Origin: an uncultured Candidatus Saccharibacteria bacterium
GTDB lineage: Bacteria; Patescibacteriota; Minisyncoccia; Phycocordibacterales; UBA2100
Assembly (NCBI GenBank): GCA_964589005.1
Contig: CAZPQI010000001.1
Coordinates: 67,675-131,674, forward strand
Direction of reading: 5' to 3'
Length of the DNA: 64,000 bases
The notes below the pieces were generated by a model. It did not search any database, was not told the origin of the DNA, and saw only the letters and a list, made by a program, of their open reading frames with translations. Shown one piece after another: positions 55,833 to 64,000 of this stretch (position 1 is its first letter; every line of letters starts with the position of its first letter). A program made the position numbers and the translations under genes.

Positions 55833-58800
55833 TTATTTGTCGGTGTTAGAGCTACTAATAGGATTTTTTTCTAGGTTTATATCGAGTGCTAATCCACGCA
55901 GGTGACGAACCAAAACATTAAATGTCGCAGGTACGTTTGGCTCTCGTATACGCTCCCCTTTTACAATCGCATCGAATGCGGCTGAGCGTCCAAGAATATC
56001 GTCTGACTTAATGGTGAGCACTTCACGTAGTGCATACGCCGCACCGTAGCCAAGCATTGCCCACACTTCCATTTCTCCAATTCGTTGCCCCCCGTTTTGC
56101 GCTTTACCGCCAAGTGGCTGCTGTGTAGTAATAGAATATGGTCCCACACTACGCATGTGAATCTTATCTTCCACCATGTGGTGAAGTTTTAAGATGTACA
56201 TATTTCCAACGGCAATAGGTTGGTCGAATTTGTCTCCTGTTCGTCCATCGTAAAGTTCTAGTTTTCCTGTTTCGGGGAATCCGGCCTCTTTAAGTTCATC
56301 TGTAATTTCTTTTTCGGTCGTTCCCGAGAACGGTGCAACAATCGCCTGATACCCAAGCTCTTCAGCAGCGAGCCCGAGATGCATTTCCAAAATCTGCCCC
56401 AAGTTCATACGAGAAGGCACTCCGAGGGGTGTCAAAATAATATCAATTGGCTTTCCTTCTTTTGTATATGGCATGTCTTCTTCGGGAAGTACGCGAGAAA
56501 TAACACCCTTGTTACCGTGGCGTCCTGCAAGTTTGTCTCCCACTGAAATGTTTCGCAATTGCGCTACTTCGATGTGAATTCGCTTAATGATTCCACTTTC
56601 AAGTTGGTCACCGTTTTCACGAGAGAATATGCGAATTTTTACAATGCGTCCTCGTTTTCCTGCTTCCATTCGTAGTGATGTATCTTTAACATCTTTAGCT
56701 TTCTCACCAAAAATAGAACGAAGTAGTCGCTCTTCTGGTGTCAATTGTGTCTCACCCTTTGGCGTTACTTTACCTACTAGAATGTCGCCCGAGCGAACCT
56801 CTGCACCAATGCGCACAATTCCCTCTTCGTCTAAGTTTTTAAGTTTCATTTCCGAAACGTTCGGAATATCGTAGGTTGTTACCTCGGGGCCAAGTTTCGT
56901 GTCGCGAACATACGACACAAATTCTTCAACATGAATTGAGGTAAATTTACTTTCTTTCACGAGTCGTTCAGAAATAACAATAGCATCCTCGTAGTTGGAT
57001 CCCGCCCACGACATAAATGCAATGCGTGCGTTTTGTCCAATAGCAATTTGCCCATCAACACTTGAAGATGTATCTGCAATAATGTCACCAGTTTTTATTT
57101 TATCGCCAACATTTACTGCAACTCGTTGGTGGAACATAGACATGTCGTTGGTACGTGAAAATAAAACAAGTTTATACTCTTTTTCCTTTCCTTTTGTATT
57201 TTTAACAACTACCTTACGCGCGTCGGCGTAGGTAACGGTGCCAGATTCAGTTGCAATTATAAGACGGCCCGAGTCGCGCGCTGCGTTTTCTTCGATACCT
57301 GTGGCAACATACGGAATTTCAGGAATGACGCAGGGAGTTGCCTGCTTTTGCATGTTTGATCCCATAAGTGAGCGGTTTGCGTCATCGTGCTCCAAAAACG
57401 GAATCATGGTTGTTGCAACTGAAAATGCTTGTCCTGTAGCTACTTCAATATATTCAACTTCTGTTGGCTTCACAAAATATGGTTCTCCCTTTTTGCGTGC
57501 TTCAATAAGTTTTCCTTCTATTTTTCCGTTTTTGTCGCGATCGGTTGCAGCATGAGCGATAAAGTAACGCTCTTCCACAAGTGCATTCATGTAAACAATT
57601 TCGTTTGTAACCTTTCCTTTCTCTACACGCGCATACGGAGTTTCAATAATTCCAAAATCGTTTAGTCGTGCGTGTACTGCAAGACGCAGAATAAGTCCGA
57701 TGTTTTGTCCTTCAGGAGTTTGAATTGGACACAATCGTCCGTAGTGGCTCGTGTGCACATCGCGCACATCAAAACCAGCTCGCTCACGTGTAAGACCTCC
57801 GGGGCCAAGTGCACTTAAGGTTCGCAAGTGCTCAAGTTCAGCGAGAATATTGTGCTGATCCATGAACTGCGAAAGTTGGTTTGTGGAAAAGAATTCCATA
57901 ACCGCAGCTGAGAATGGCCGCGGGTTAATGAATTGTACGGGTAAAATAGTTTCTGCATCAACGGTCGACATTCTATCTTGAATGTTACGCTTCATACGAC
58001 TCATTCCGATTCGTACTTGGTGTTGCATCATTTCGCCGACATAGCGAACACGACGAAATCCAAGGTGGTCGATATCATCTTCTTGTGCTCCTTTTGTGTT
58101 GTTAAGTGTAATTATGTTCCCTACAATACGCACAACGTCATCTTTTGTAAGTGTTTGTTCTTCAAGTGCCTTAGGGGTAGTTTTAAGATCAAAACGGTGA
58201 TTAAACTGGTATCGTCCCACACGCGAGAAATCGTATCGTTCCTTGCTAAAAATTGTAGAAACAAATTCTCGTGCGCTGTCAGGTGTTGCTAGGTCTCCAT
58301 CGCGAAGTCGTTTATATACTTCAACAAATGCATCAGCTGTAGTTTCTGCAATGTCGTTCTCGAGTGACGCTTTAATTACTTCATCTGCCCCTTTCACGTC
58401 CTTAAACGCTTTAAGCATCTCCTTTTCAGTCTCAAGACCAAAAATCTTTAAGAATGTAGTTACAGGAAACTTTCTCTTGCGATCAATCTTTACGTAAATA
58501 GCTCCATCTGGTTCTGCTTCAATTTCTACCCATGCACCACGGGCTGGAATAATTTTTGCGCCAAAATATTTTGCTCCCTTTATTTCGTTCTTCAAGAAAA
58601 ATACACCGTACGAACGGGCAAGCTGTGGTACCACCACACGCTCAACACCATTGATGATAAACGTACCGTGGTCGGTCATATATGGGAAATCGGCTAGGAA
58701 AATCTCCTGGCTCTTTTTCTCTCCTGTAGTTTTATTAGTGAGCTTCGCTTCAATGCGAAGTGGAATCTTATAGGTAAGACGCTTAAATTTAGCGTAGTGC

Positions 58801-59021
58801 TCGTCGTACTCTGGTTTTCCAAATTTGAAGCTCGAGATGTCGAGATCAAACTTTTTTCCCGAGTAATCGGAAATTGGCGAGAACTCCTCAAAAACAGATT
58901 TAACTCCAACTTCGAGGAGTCGCTTGTACGAGTTCAATTGTTCACAAACAAGGTCAGGTGTTTCGGTCATGTTCGTGGTGAACTTCCCGAAATGTTTTTT
59001 GGGTAATTTTGTGTTACTCAT
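55833..59021 (-). CDS. rpoB: DNA-directed RNA polymerase subunit beta
   Basis: 1062 aa with the conserved beta-subunit blocks (GRHGNKGV, the rifampicin cluster region). Confidence 0.98.
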   Translation of the reverse strand: MSNTKLPKKHFGKFTTNMTETPDLVCEQLNSYKRLLEVGVKSVFEEFSPISDYSGKKFDLDISSFKFGKPEYDEHYAKFKRLTYKIPLRIEAKLTNKTTGEKKSQEIFLADFPYMTDHGTFIINGVERVVVPQLARSYGVFFLKNEIKGAKYFGAKIIPARGAWVEIEAEPDGAIYVKIDRKRKFPVTTFLKIFGLETEKEMLKAFKDVKGADEVIKASLENDIAETTADAFVEVYKRLRDGDLATPDSAREFVSTIFSKERYDFSRVGRYQFNHRFDLKTTPKALEEQTLTKDDVVRIVGNIITLNNTKGAQEDDIDHLGFRRVRYVGEMMQHQVRIGMSRMKRNIQDRMSTVDAETILPVQFINPRPFSAAVMEFFSTNQLSQFMDQHNILAELEHLRTLSALGPGGLTRERAGFDVRDVHTSHYGRLCPIQTPEGQNIGLILRLAVHARLNDFGIIETPYARVEKGKVTNEIVYMNALVEERYFIAHAATDRDKNGKIEGKLIEARKKGEPYFVKPTEVEYIEVATGQAFSVATTMIPFLEHDDANRSLMGSNMQKQATPCVIPEIPYVATGIEENAARDSGRLIIATESGTVTYADARKVVVKNTKGKEKEYKLVLFSRTNDMSMFHQRVAVNVGDKIKTGDIIADTSSSVDGQIAIGQNARIAFMSWAGSNYEDAIVISERLVKESKFTSIHVEEFVSYVRDTKLGPEVTTYDIPNVSEMKLKNLDEEGIVRIGAEVRSGDILVGKVTPKGETQLTPEERLLRSIFGEKAKDVKDTSLRMEAGKRGRIVKIRIFSRENGDQLESGIIKRIHIEVAQLRNISVGDKLAGRHGNKGVISRVLPEEDMPYTKEGKPIDIILTPLGVPSRMNLGQILEMHLGLAAEELGYQAIVAPFSGTTEKEITDELKEAGFPETGKLELYDGRTGDKFDQPIAVGNMYILKLHHMVEDKIHMRSVGPYSITTQQPLGGKAQNGGQRIGEMEVWAMLGYGAAYALREVLTIKSDDILGRSAAFDAIVKGERIREPNVPATFNVLVRHLRGLALDINLEKNPISSSNTDK

Positions 59022-59355
59022 AATTTTTATAACTTTCTTATTTGGCGTAGTTCGTTGTTACCGCACAAAAAACCCTCGCTCCCCATATTGCAATATGGCT
59101 CGCTCGATTTTCCGCTTGCGCCTAGAACTACATCCAAATGCGTAAGTTCTAGAATAACTACAAACTAGAACGACGACGCAGAATCCCGACCAAAGGATTT
59201 TCTACCTCGTTTAACTTACACACTATGTTTATAAAGGGGTCAGGTGGGACTGGGAGTTTAACCACCTAACTAAAGTATTAAAAAACACTTTTCATAACAC
59301 AGCTGGTGACAAGCACACAACTAGCCATAACACAATCGAACAAAAAGTTCCCGCC

Positions 59356-59383
59356 ATTTTACATGATGCAGGAATTTTGTCAA
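59356..59383 (-). promoter_or_regulatory. near-consensus sigma70 promoter TTGACA-16-TAAAAT upstream of rpoB
   Basis: Read on the minus strand. About 335 nt upstream of the rpoB start. Confidence 0.45.
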
Positions 59384-59396
59384 ACACCTCTACCCT

Positions 59397-59588
59397 AAAA
59401 ACACATGTCGTTGTGTCTGGGTGAATGTTTTTATTCTAAAAACCCAAAACAGACAGTTAACTGTCTGTTTATTCAAAATGCCCTAGGAGCCTCCTAGGGC
59501 ATTTTGATTCCTCCCAATCTTCAACCTGCCTGCCGGCAAGGCAGGTAATTATACGTTTACATTTTTCGTCGATGGTGGATTGGAGTTT
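59397..59588. repeat. R-family intergenic repeat copy 1 (about 192 bp) with three hairpins H1-H3
   Basis: Near-identical to 62099-62292. H1 is aaacagacagttaactgtctgttt at 59447-59470. H2 is aaaatgccctaggagcctcctagggcatttt at 59475-59505, a terminator-like hairpin flanked by an A-run and a T-run. H3 is a GC-rich hairpin at 59524-59546. The repeat abuts the pepE stop. Confidence 0.85.
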
Positions 59589-60239
59589 TTATACAACAAC
59601 ACTTTCGCCTTCTCCTACTATTTCAATTTCTCCGTCAGCAACTTTGATCGCTGAGTTGTCGTCAATTCCGTACAACGGAGTTTGCAAGTCTTCTATTGAT
59701 TCTAAAATTTCTTTTCTAGATTGTGGAAAGTGAGCTGAGTTGAGGTGAGGAATGACTATCAAGTCAACAAAATCTAAAGACGGCTCCAGTTCTTTTTCTC
59801 GTTGTTCTTTAGGATACACTTGTTTAAATACTTCACCTGGCATAAATTTCCCAGCCACCATGCTTCCTGCACTAATTCCCATAAACACACGGGTCTCTAA
59901 TAGTTCGGGAAGTGTTGCTCCCAACCCAGATTCACTAATCATTTTTGCTAAATACTGCTCATCGCCACCGCCAAAGCAAATCAAATTTGCTTTTTCTAGT
60001 CTTGGACGCCACTTGTCTTCAGGAATCGCAGAAATATCTACAATATCAATAAATCCATAATCTTGTTCTTGAAAATGTCGTAAGTCGTCGATGAGCCACC
60101 CCTTGCCGCTTTTTTCAAGATTTGCAGCTGTCGGAACAAATACTAATTTCACTTCATTGGCAGGAACACCAACAAGATCAAGAATTGCGTCTGCGATAGT
60201 TTTATTTCTAATCCCCGCCGATGTCAAAAGTAATTTCAT
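59589..60239 (-). CDS. pepE: peptidase S51 (dipeptidase E-like)
   Basis: MKLLLTSAG, GGGD and GISAGSM (Ser nucleophile) motifs. Confidence 0.85.
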   Translation of the reverse strand: MKLLLTSAGIRNKTIADAILDLVGVPANEVKLVFVPTAANLEKSGKGWLIDDLRHFQEQDYGFIDIVDISAIPEDKWRPRLEKANLICFGGGDEQYLAKMISESGLGATLPELLETRVFMGISAGSMVAGKFMPGEVFKQVYPKEQREKELEPSLDFVDLIVIPHLNSAHFPQSRKEILESIEDLQTPLYGIDDNSAIKVADGEIEIVGEGESVVV

Positions 60240-60250
60240 ATTTTCATTAT

Positions 60251-60350
60251 ACCAAACCAAACACCCATCCCCTAAAACACATCTTTGTTATATCCGATTG
60301 AATATTTTTTATTATAAAACTCCAAAACCTCCAGTTAACTGGAGGTTTTG
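60251..60350. repeat. S-family intergenic element copy 1: a gene terminator hairpin plus a conserved roughly 55-nt leader carrying TGnTATAAT about 7 nt from the pepE ATG
   Basis: Shares cctaaaacacatctttg.t....c.g.ttgaatattttt with 60950-61050. Hairpin aacctccagttaactggaggtt lies at about 60326-60347. Confidence 0.7.
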
Positions 60351-60380
60351 AGGTTTCTATATACAAGGGACGGCTCTTTG

Positions 60381-60926
60381 TCATGACTTATTGTCTTTAG
60401 GTTTTTTATTTGCATCTTCGATCCACTTCTGCATTTCAGTTCGAGTCATAATGCCATTAGCGGTACGTGCTTCATCAGTAACACCGGACTCTTCATCAGA
60501 GAGAATCTCTCGGAGAATTATATTTCCCTCTTCGTCTCTTCCCATCTGCGTTCCCCATTTCTGTTTTTCGTTTATTGAAAGCAAGTATCTATCCTCTGCA
60601 AGACACACAAAGTGCCGAGCAACCTCATATCCTCCGTCTACTGATTCCTGTGCGAGCTCTTGGGCTAATTGATAGTCTTTGGTTTTTTGTCCATGTTGGA
60701 ATAGTAAAGCAAGATGAAATAAACTCTTTGGTGAAAGAGGTGCCGTTTCCTTGTTTTCTACTATTTCTACCGCACGTGCGTATCGAACTTTATCACGTTC
60801 AAAGCAAAGTTGTGGATCTGTACTAAAAAGACCACTAGCCACTCTATCTCCCTGATCCTCCTCATACATCTTTTGTGTTTCTCGCTCGAGATCAGAAGTT
60901 ATTTCTGGTTCTTCAATTTCTTCCAT
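60381..60926 (-). CDS. hypothetical acidic protein (181 aa)
   Basis: No motif recognised. Flanked by S-family elements. Confidence 0.35.
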   Translation of the reverse strand: MEEIEEPEITSDLERETQKMYEEDQGDRVASGLFSTDPQLCFERDKVRYARAVEIVENKETAPLSPKSLFHLALLFQHGQKTKDYQLAQELAQESVDGGYEVARHFVCLAEDRYLLSINEKQKWGTQMGRDEEGNIILREILSDEESGVTDEARTANGIMTRTEMQKWIEDANKKPKDNKS

Positions 60927-60949
60927 ACAACAATCTTACCTCCACACAC

Positions 60950-61050
60950 CACCAAAACCAACTCCCTTCTCCTAAAACACATCTTTGGTGTGCTCGGTTG
61001 AATATTTTTGTTTGTAAAAAAATACCGCCGCCCGAGGTGGGCGACGGTAA
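60950..61050. repeat. S-family intergenic element copy 2
   Basis: GC hairpin accgccgcccgaggtgggcgacggt (about 61024-61048) followed by a T-run on the minus strand, then the conserved leader ahead of the 60381-60926 gene. Confidence 0.7.
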
Positions 61051-61074
61051 AATATAAATTTGTGGAAAATCTAG

Positions 61075-61992
61075 TTAGGCAATAATATTAAGTTTTTTCT
61101 CTTGTATACCTAACTTGATATATGTCCAAGCAGCTTCCGACGTTTGCCGATTAACAGAACCTCTTGCCGCGTCTTGCACAGTGGCGAACACAGAACCGCA
61201 ACTCTGTGTAGCAATTTCGTGCAGTTTCTTCCACGTCACTTCGTCCATTTCCATTGGACGGTGAGGGTCTGTAAGCATATTAAGACTCTCCGCTTGACAA
61301 ATCATTAATAAAACATTTGCCCGAGCATCCCCACAGACACGTAGTACCGATTCAACTATATGTGGATCAAGTAGCGAAGAAGATTTTAACGTAAGCGTTT
61401 CAAGCCCGTTACTCTTTGTTGGCTTCCACACCCAACGAACAAAAGACTCCCAAAAAGCAAACGTGACCGAAACGGCATGATCACTTCCAGAATTCTTCCA
61501 AGCTGGGCGCGGGATATTATAAGAACGTTCAGTTGGATCAAAAAACCACAGTAACTTTTCTAACAAAACAACACCGTAAGCGCCAGACTTTAAGAAGAGT
61601 TTCTCAAAATCATTACTGTGATTACACCCTTTGAAAAAATTTCTAGCAAGAGCGCGGTGTGCCTTTTTTACGACTGCTTGCAACGATTCGTGTTGTTCGC
61701 GAAGTCGAGAGTCCAGTCGACTGGATACACCAAACACGTCGTAGCCATTAGCAAGATCCAAGTAACGAATTATGCAATCAATTTCCAAATCACGTTTCTT
61801 ATCCCAATCGCTACCACTGAGCGTATTCATATCAAATCCTATATGGACTAATTCACTCACTTGCCATAGTGGAACCGGTTTTTGCAAAAGAACTTCATCC
61901 AAAGTTTCCCTCCACTGAGAGTACGTACATAGATGGCGGATATCACACCCATTAAGAGGATGTCCATCTTGAAGAATATTCGTATCTGCCAT
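61075..61992 (-). CDS. hypothetical protein (about 306 aa)
   Basis: The start is taken at MADTNIL, preceded by AAGGGAA. No motif recognised. Confidence 0.35.
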   Translation of the reverse strand: MADTNILQDGHPLNGCDIRHLCTYSQWRETLDEVLLQKPVPLWQVSELVHIGFDMNTLSGSDWDKKRDLEIDCIIRYLDLANGYDVFGVSSRLDSRLREQHESLQAVVKKAHRALARNFFKGCNHSNDFEKLFLKSGAYGVVLLEKLLWFFDPTERSYNIPRPAWKNSGSDHAVSVTFAFWESFVRWVWKPTKSNGLETLTLKSSSLLDPHIVESVLRVCGDARANVLLMICQAESLNMLTDPHRPMEMDEVTWKKLHEIATQSCGSVFATVQDAARGSVNRQTSEAAWTYIKLGIQEKKLNIIA

Positions 61993-62098
61993 TTTTCTAT
62001 TCCCTTTTTGTTTCAAGACCGAACCATTTACGATCTGTGCTTAGACTATGCTACTTTGAAATCCTTCTGTCAAGACTACTGCCAGAAACCAAATTTCA

Positions 62099-62292
62099 AA
62101 AAACACATGTCGTTGTGTCTGGGTGAATGTTTTTATTCTAAAAACCCAAAACAGACAGTTAACTGTCTGTTTATTCAAAATGCCCTAGGAGCCTCCTAGG
62201 GCATTTTGATTCCTCCCAATCTTCAACCTGCCTGCGCAGGCAGGTAATTATACGTTTACGTTTTTCGTCGATGGTGAGTTGAGGGTATTTTG
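62099..62292. repeat. R-family intergenic repeat copy 2
   Basis: Identical to copy 1 through H1 and H2. H3 is a perfect 20-bp palindrome acctgcctgcgcaggcaggt here. Abuts the doc stop. Confidence 0.85.
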
Positions 62293-62730
62293 CTAAGTGG
62301 ATATATTTTCTCGAATCCATTTCGCTAAATCTTTTTTAACTTCAAGAAAATCTTCTGACTTTGTTCGAGCTAACCAAAGCGCTTTATTGGTAAGTTCATC
62401 AGGATTTACAGTGAACCTTTGCTCATTAAGAGACAGGAACACCAAAAAAGAAATTGTAGACATGCGTTTATTACCGTTAGCAAATATCTGCCCTTTGCAA
62501 ATTGTGTAGAAAATAATAGCTGCCTTATCTTCAATATCTGGATACAACTCTGTACCGTAGGATGTGCGCTGAGGAACAGCAACAAGACGTTCTATTCCCA
62601 TATTATCTGCCAGTGAAAAATCTGGAATTGGCTCTCCTCTATCACCAGTCCAACTGGCGAGTAATTTATGGATACGCTTATAATCCTCTTTATCGAGATA
62701 CTGTATCTTTGACTTGTTCTCCCCGATCAT
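62293..62730 (-). CDS. doc: Doc/Fic-family toxin (death-on-curing)
   Basis: FANGNKRMS matches the Fic/Doc HxFx(D/N)GNKR core. 145 aa. Confidence 0.8.
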   Translation of the reverse strand: MIGENKSKIQYLDKEDYKRIHKLLASWTGDRGEPIPDFSLADNMGIERLVAVPQRTSYGTELYPDIEDKAAIIFYTICKGQIFANGNKRMSTISFLVFLSLNEQRFTVNPDELTNKALWLARTKSEDFLEVKKDLAKWIRENIST

Positions 62731-62842
62731 ATCGCGCCAAATCTTTAAAAGTCTTTTCGTATCGTTTTAATGCACTTTTACTCACACTTTTAATTGTGTG
62801 ATTCTGAACTGCTCTCTTTAGGATTTTTTTAATGGTGGTCAT
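62690..62842 (-). CDS. small 50-aa ORF overlapping the doc start, candidate cognate antitoxin (below ORF-track cutoff)
   Basis: MTTIKKILKRAVQNHTIKSVSKSALKRYEKTFKDLARYDRGEQVKDTVSR. Overlaps doc by 41 nt, in the usual upstream-antitoxin position. Confidence 0.35.
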   Translation of the reverse strand: MTTIKKILKRAVQNHTIKSVSKSALKRYEKTFKDLARYDRGEQVKDTVSR

Positions 62843-62925
62843 ATGAATGTATTAATAGTCATTATACACCAATCTAAAGCATTCAATCAACTAACACGAT
62901 GGATAGACACGTGTAAAACATACAC

Positions 62926-63022
62926 TTCAAAATGCCCTAGGAGCCTCCTAGGGCATTTTGACATCTTTCAATCTTCAATAATTATACGTGTACGTTTTTC
63001 GTCGATGGTGAGCTGGGGTTTT
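62926..63022. repeat. R-family repeat copy 3 (partial: H2 plus the 3' tail, H3 deleted)
   Basis: Carries aaaatgccctaggagcctcctagggcatttt and ...attatacgtgtacgtttttcgtcgatggtgag. Confidence 0.8.
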
Positions 63023-63210
63023 TAACTTCTAAATATTCTGTGCCAAAACAAAAACCTTGCGATTAATCGCAAGGTTTTTGTTTTCATATTACCCAAGAGG
63101 GATCTCTTAAACTCATATACCAGATGTTAATTGACTCATCGCTTAAAACGCGTCATCATCCTGCCAGAACAAAACAAATTGAAAACCAACTCATATGGAG
63201 GATATATATC

Positions 63211-63579
63211 ATGAGTTTTTTACTTTTTGGAATAACTTTAGGAAAAAAGCCTACCTCACAGCCAACCGAACCAGATCCTTGGGAAGGCAGCTCTGGTACG
63301 CACGTTAGCGTCTACAAGTCAGAGATACAGAATATTGCAGACTTTCTGTCTGATGACACACGAAAGGTGCTCACACGATTCGTTCGAGAAGAGAAATGTG
63401 CGGAACTTTATGTGGAGGGTGATGCCGATGGTTATGGAATTATTGCAAAAATACACATACATGTATCCAAAGGTGTTCCATATGAAGCGGTCGTAAATCC
63501 CGTAAACCTTAAGAAATCTGAGGAAATGGCGTTCATTAACAAAATACCTCTCTCTGTCGAATTTAAACGAGATTCCTAA
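63211..63579 (+). CDS. hypothetical protein with N-terminal TM segment
   Basis: ATG preceded by GGAGGA. No motif recognised. Confidence 0.4.
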   Translation: MSFLLFGITLGKKPTSQPTEPDPWEGSSGTHVSVYKSEIQNIADFLSDDTRKVLTRFVREEKCAELYVEGDADGYGIIAKIHIHVSKGVPYEAVVNPVNLKKSEEMAFINKIPLSVEFKRDS

Positions 63580-63595
63580 AAATTGCGGTATTCCT

Positions 63596-63633
63596 AAATC
63601 TCTCAGAAGTATAAGACTACTTCTGAGAGATTT
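63596..63633. terminator. bidirectional terminator (aaatctctcagaagta taagac tacttctgagagattt)
   Basis: Perfect 16-bp stem between convergent genes. Confidence 0.8.
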
Positions 63634-64000
63634 TTATTTTTTCTTTTCTTTTTGTTTTTCTTTCCACTCTTCGATATTTTTGTGATGACCTGAGAGCAAG
63701 ACACTGGGGACTTTATAATTTTTCCCTTTCCATTTTAATACTTCGGGTCGTGTGTATACTTCGGGGCTTGCGGTACGAGAATCCTCGAGTGACTCAACAT
63801 TACCAAGTACTCCAGGAACATTGCGTGTTATTGCGTCCGCAACCACAGCTGCGGGCAACTCGCCGCCAGTGAGTACATACGGGCCAATTGACACTGGTTT
63901 TGCTTTCAGTATTTTCACCACACGTGCATCGATTCCTTCGTAGTGGCCACAGAGAAATATGATGTGCTTTTTCTTTGCCGCAAGACGCACTGCATCTTTT
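63634..64000 (-). CDS. trmD: tRNA (guanine37-N1)-methyltransferase, N-terminus beyond window end
   Basis: C-terminal TrmD motifs (GHYEGIDARV, LTGGELPAAVVADAI). The tracked Met at 63990 is internal and the ORF is open to the window edge. Confidence 0.85.
   Translation of the reverse strand, partial: KDAVRLAAKKKHIIFLCGHYEGIDARVVKILKAKPVSIGPYVLTGGELPAAVVADAITRNVPGVLGNVESLEDSRTASPEVYTRPEVLKWKGKNYKVPSVLLSGHHKNIEEWKEKQKEKKK

Noticed and set aside
60091-61057. Plus-strand ORFs 60091-60351 and 60875-61057 sharing PSPKTHL..RLNIF
   Set aside because: Their similarity is caused by translating the S-family DNA repeat on the non-coding strand.
59397-63022. Repeats at 59-63 kb as a CRISPR array
   Set aside because: The units are about 100-190 bp, irregularly spaced by whole genes, and composed of hairpins. 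There are no short regularly spaced direct repeats or cas genes.
1-64000. Integrase, transposase or IS elements; rRNA genes
   Set aside because: No tyrosine or serine recombinase, DDE transposase or rRNA-like sequence was recognised in any frame. The only retroelement is the DGR.

Overview
This is a low-GC bacterial chromosomal segment. Its gene content and the compact sizes of its housekeeping proteins fit a reduced-genome Patescibacteria/CPR-like organism, but that placement is inference.

Housekeeping genes, left to right:
- Cell-shape cluster: mrdA (partial), mreD-like, mreC, mreB.
- proS, rseP, frr, holB.
- A second mreB paralog.
- An XRE-HTH::MurA fusion, then priA, def and fmt.
- hpf, and a tRNA-Asn interrupted by a roughly 250-nt group-I-like intron.
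- metK behind a SAM-I riboswitch, csp, typA and ung.
- An ABC transporter, hisS, uppP, malic enzyme and pyrB.
- A collinear rpoB-rpoC-dnaG-rpoD block, then pepE and trmD (partial).

Accessory content:
- A low-GC island (about 17.1-24.3 kb) sits next to the tRNA. It carries two HNH endonucleases, an AbrB-like small ORF, an HTH-Panacea (DUF4065) protein with a small toxin candidate, a methyltransferase with a DUF262-HNH nuclease, a HAD hydrolase, and a DUF2779 nuclease/exonuclease protein.
- Separate Phd/RelE and Doc toxin-antitoxin pairs lie elsewhere in the window.
- A complete diversity-generating retroelement (DGR) spans 45.8-48.3 kb. It has a reverse transcriptase with the LGNLTSQ/YADD motifs, an Avd-like gene on the opposite strand, and a 116-bp template/variable repeat pair (TR/VR). 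The pair differs at 10 positions, all of them TR adenines, and the VR lies at the C-terminus of a 218-aa target protein.

Other structure worth noting:
- Several long perfect palindromes occur in intergenic regions. One 26-bp palindrome is present at two distant loci.
- Two families of hairpin-rich intergenic repeats lie at 59-63 kb.

No rRNA, CRISPR array, integrase or transposase was found. Hand-counted coordinates of non-ORF elements may be off by 1-2 nt.
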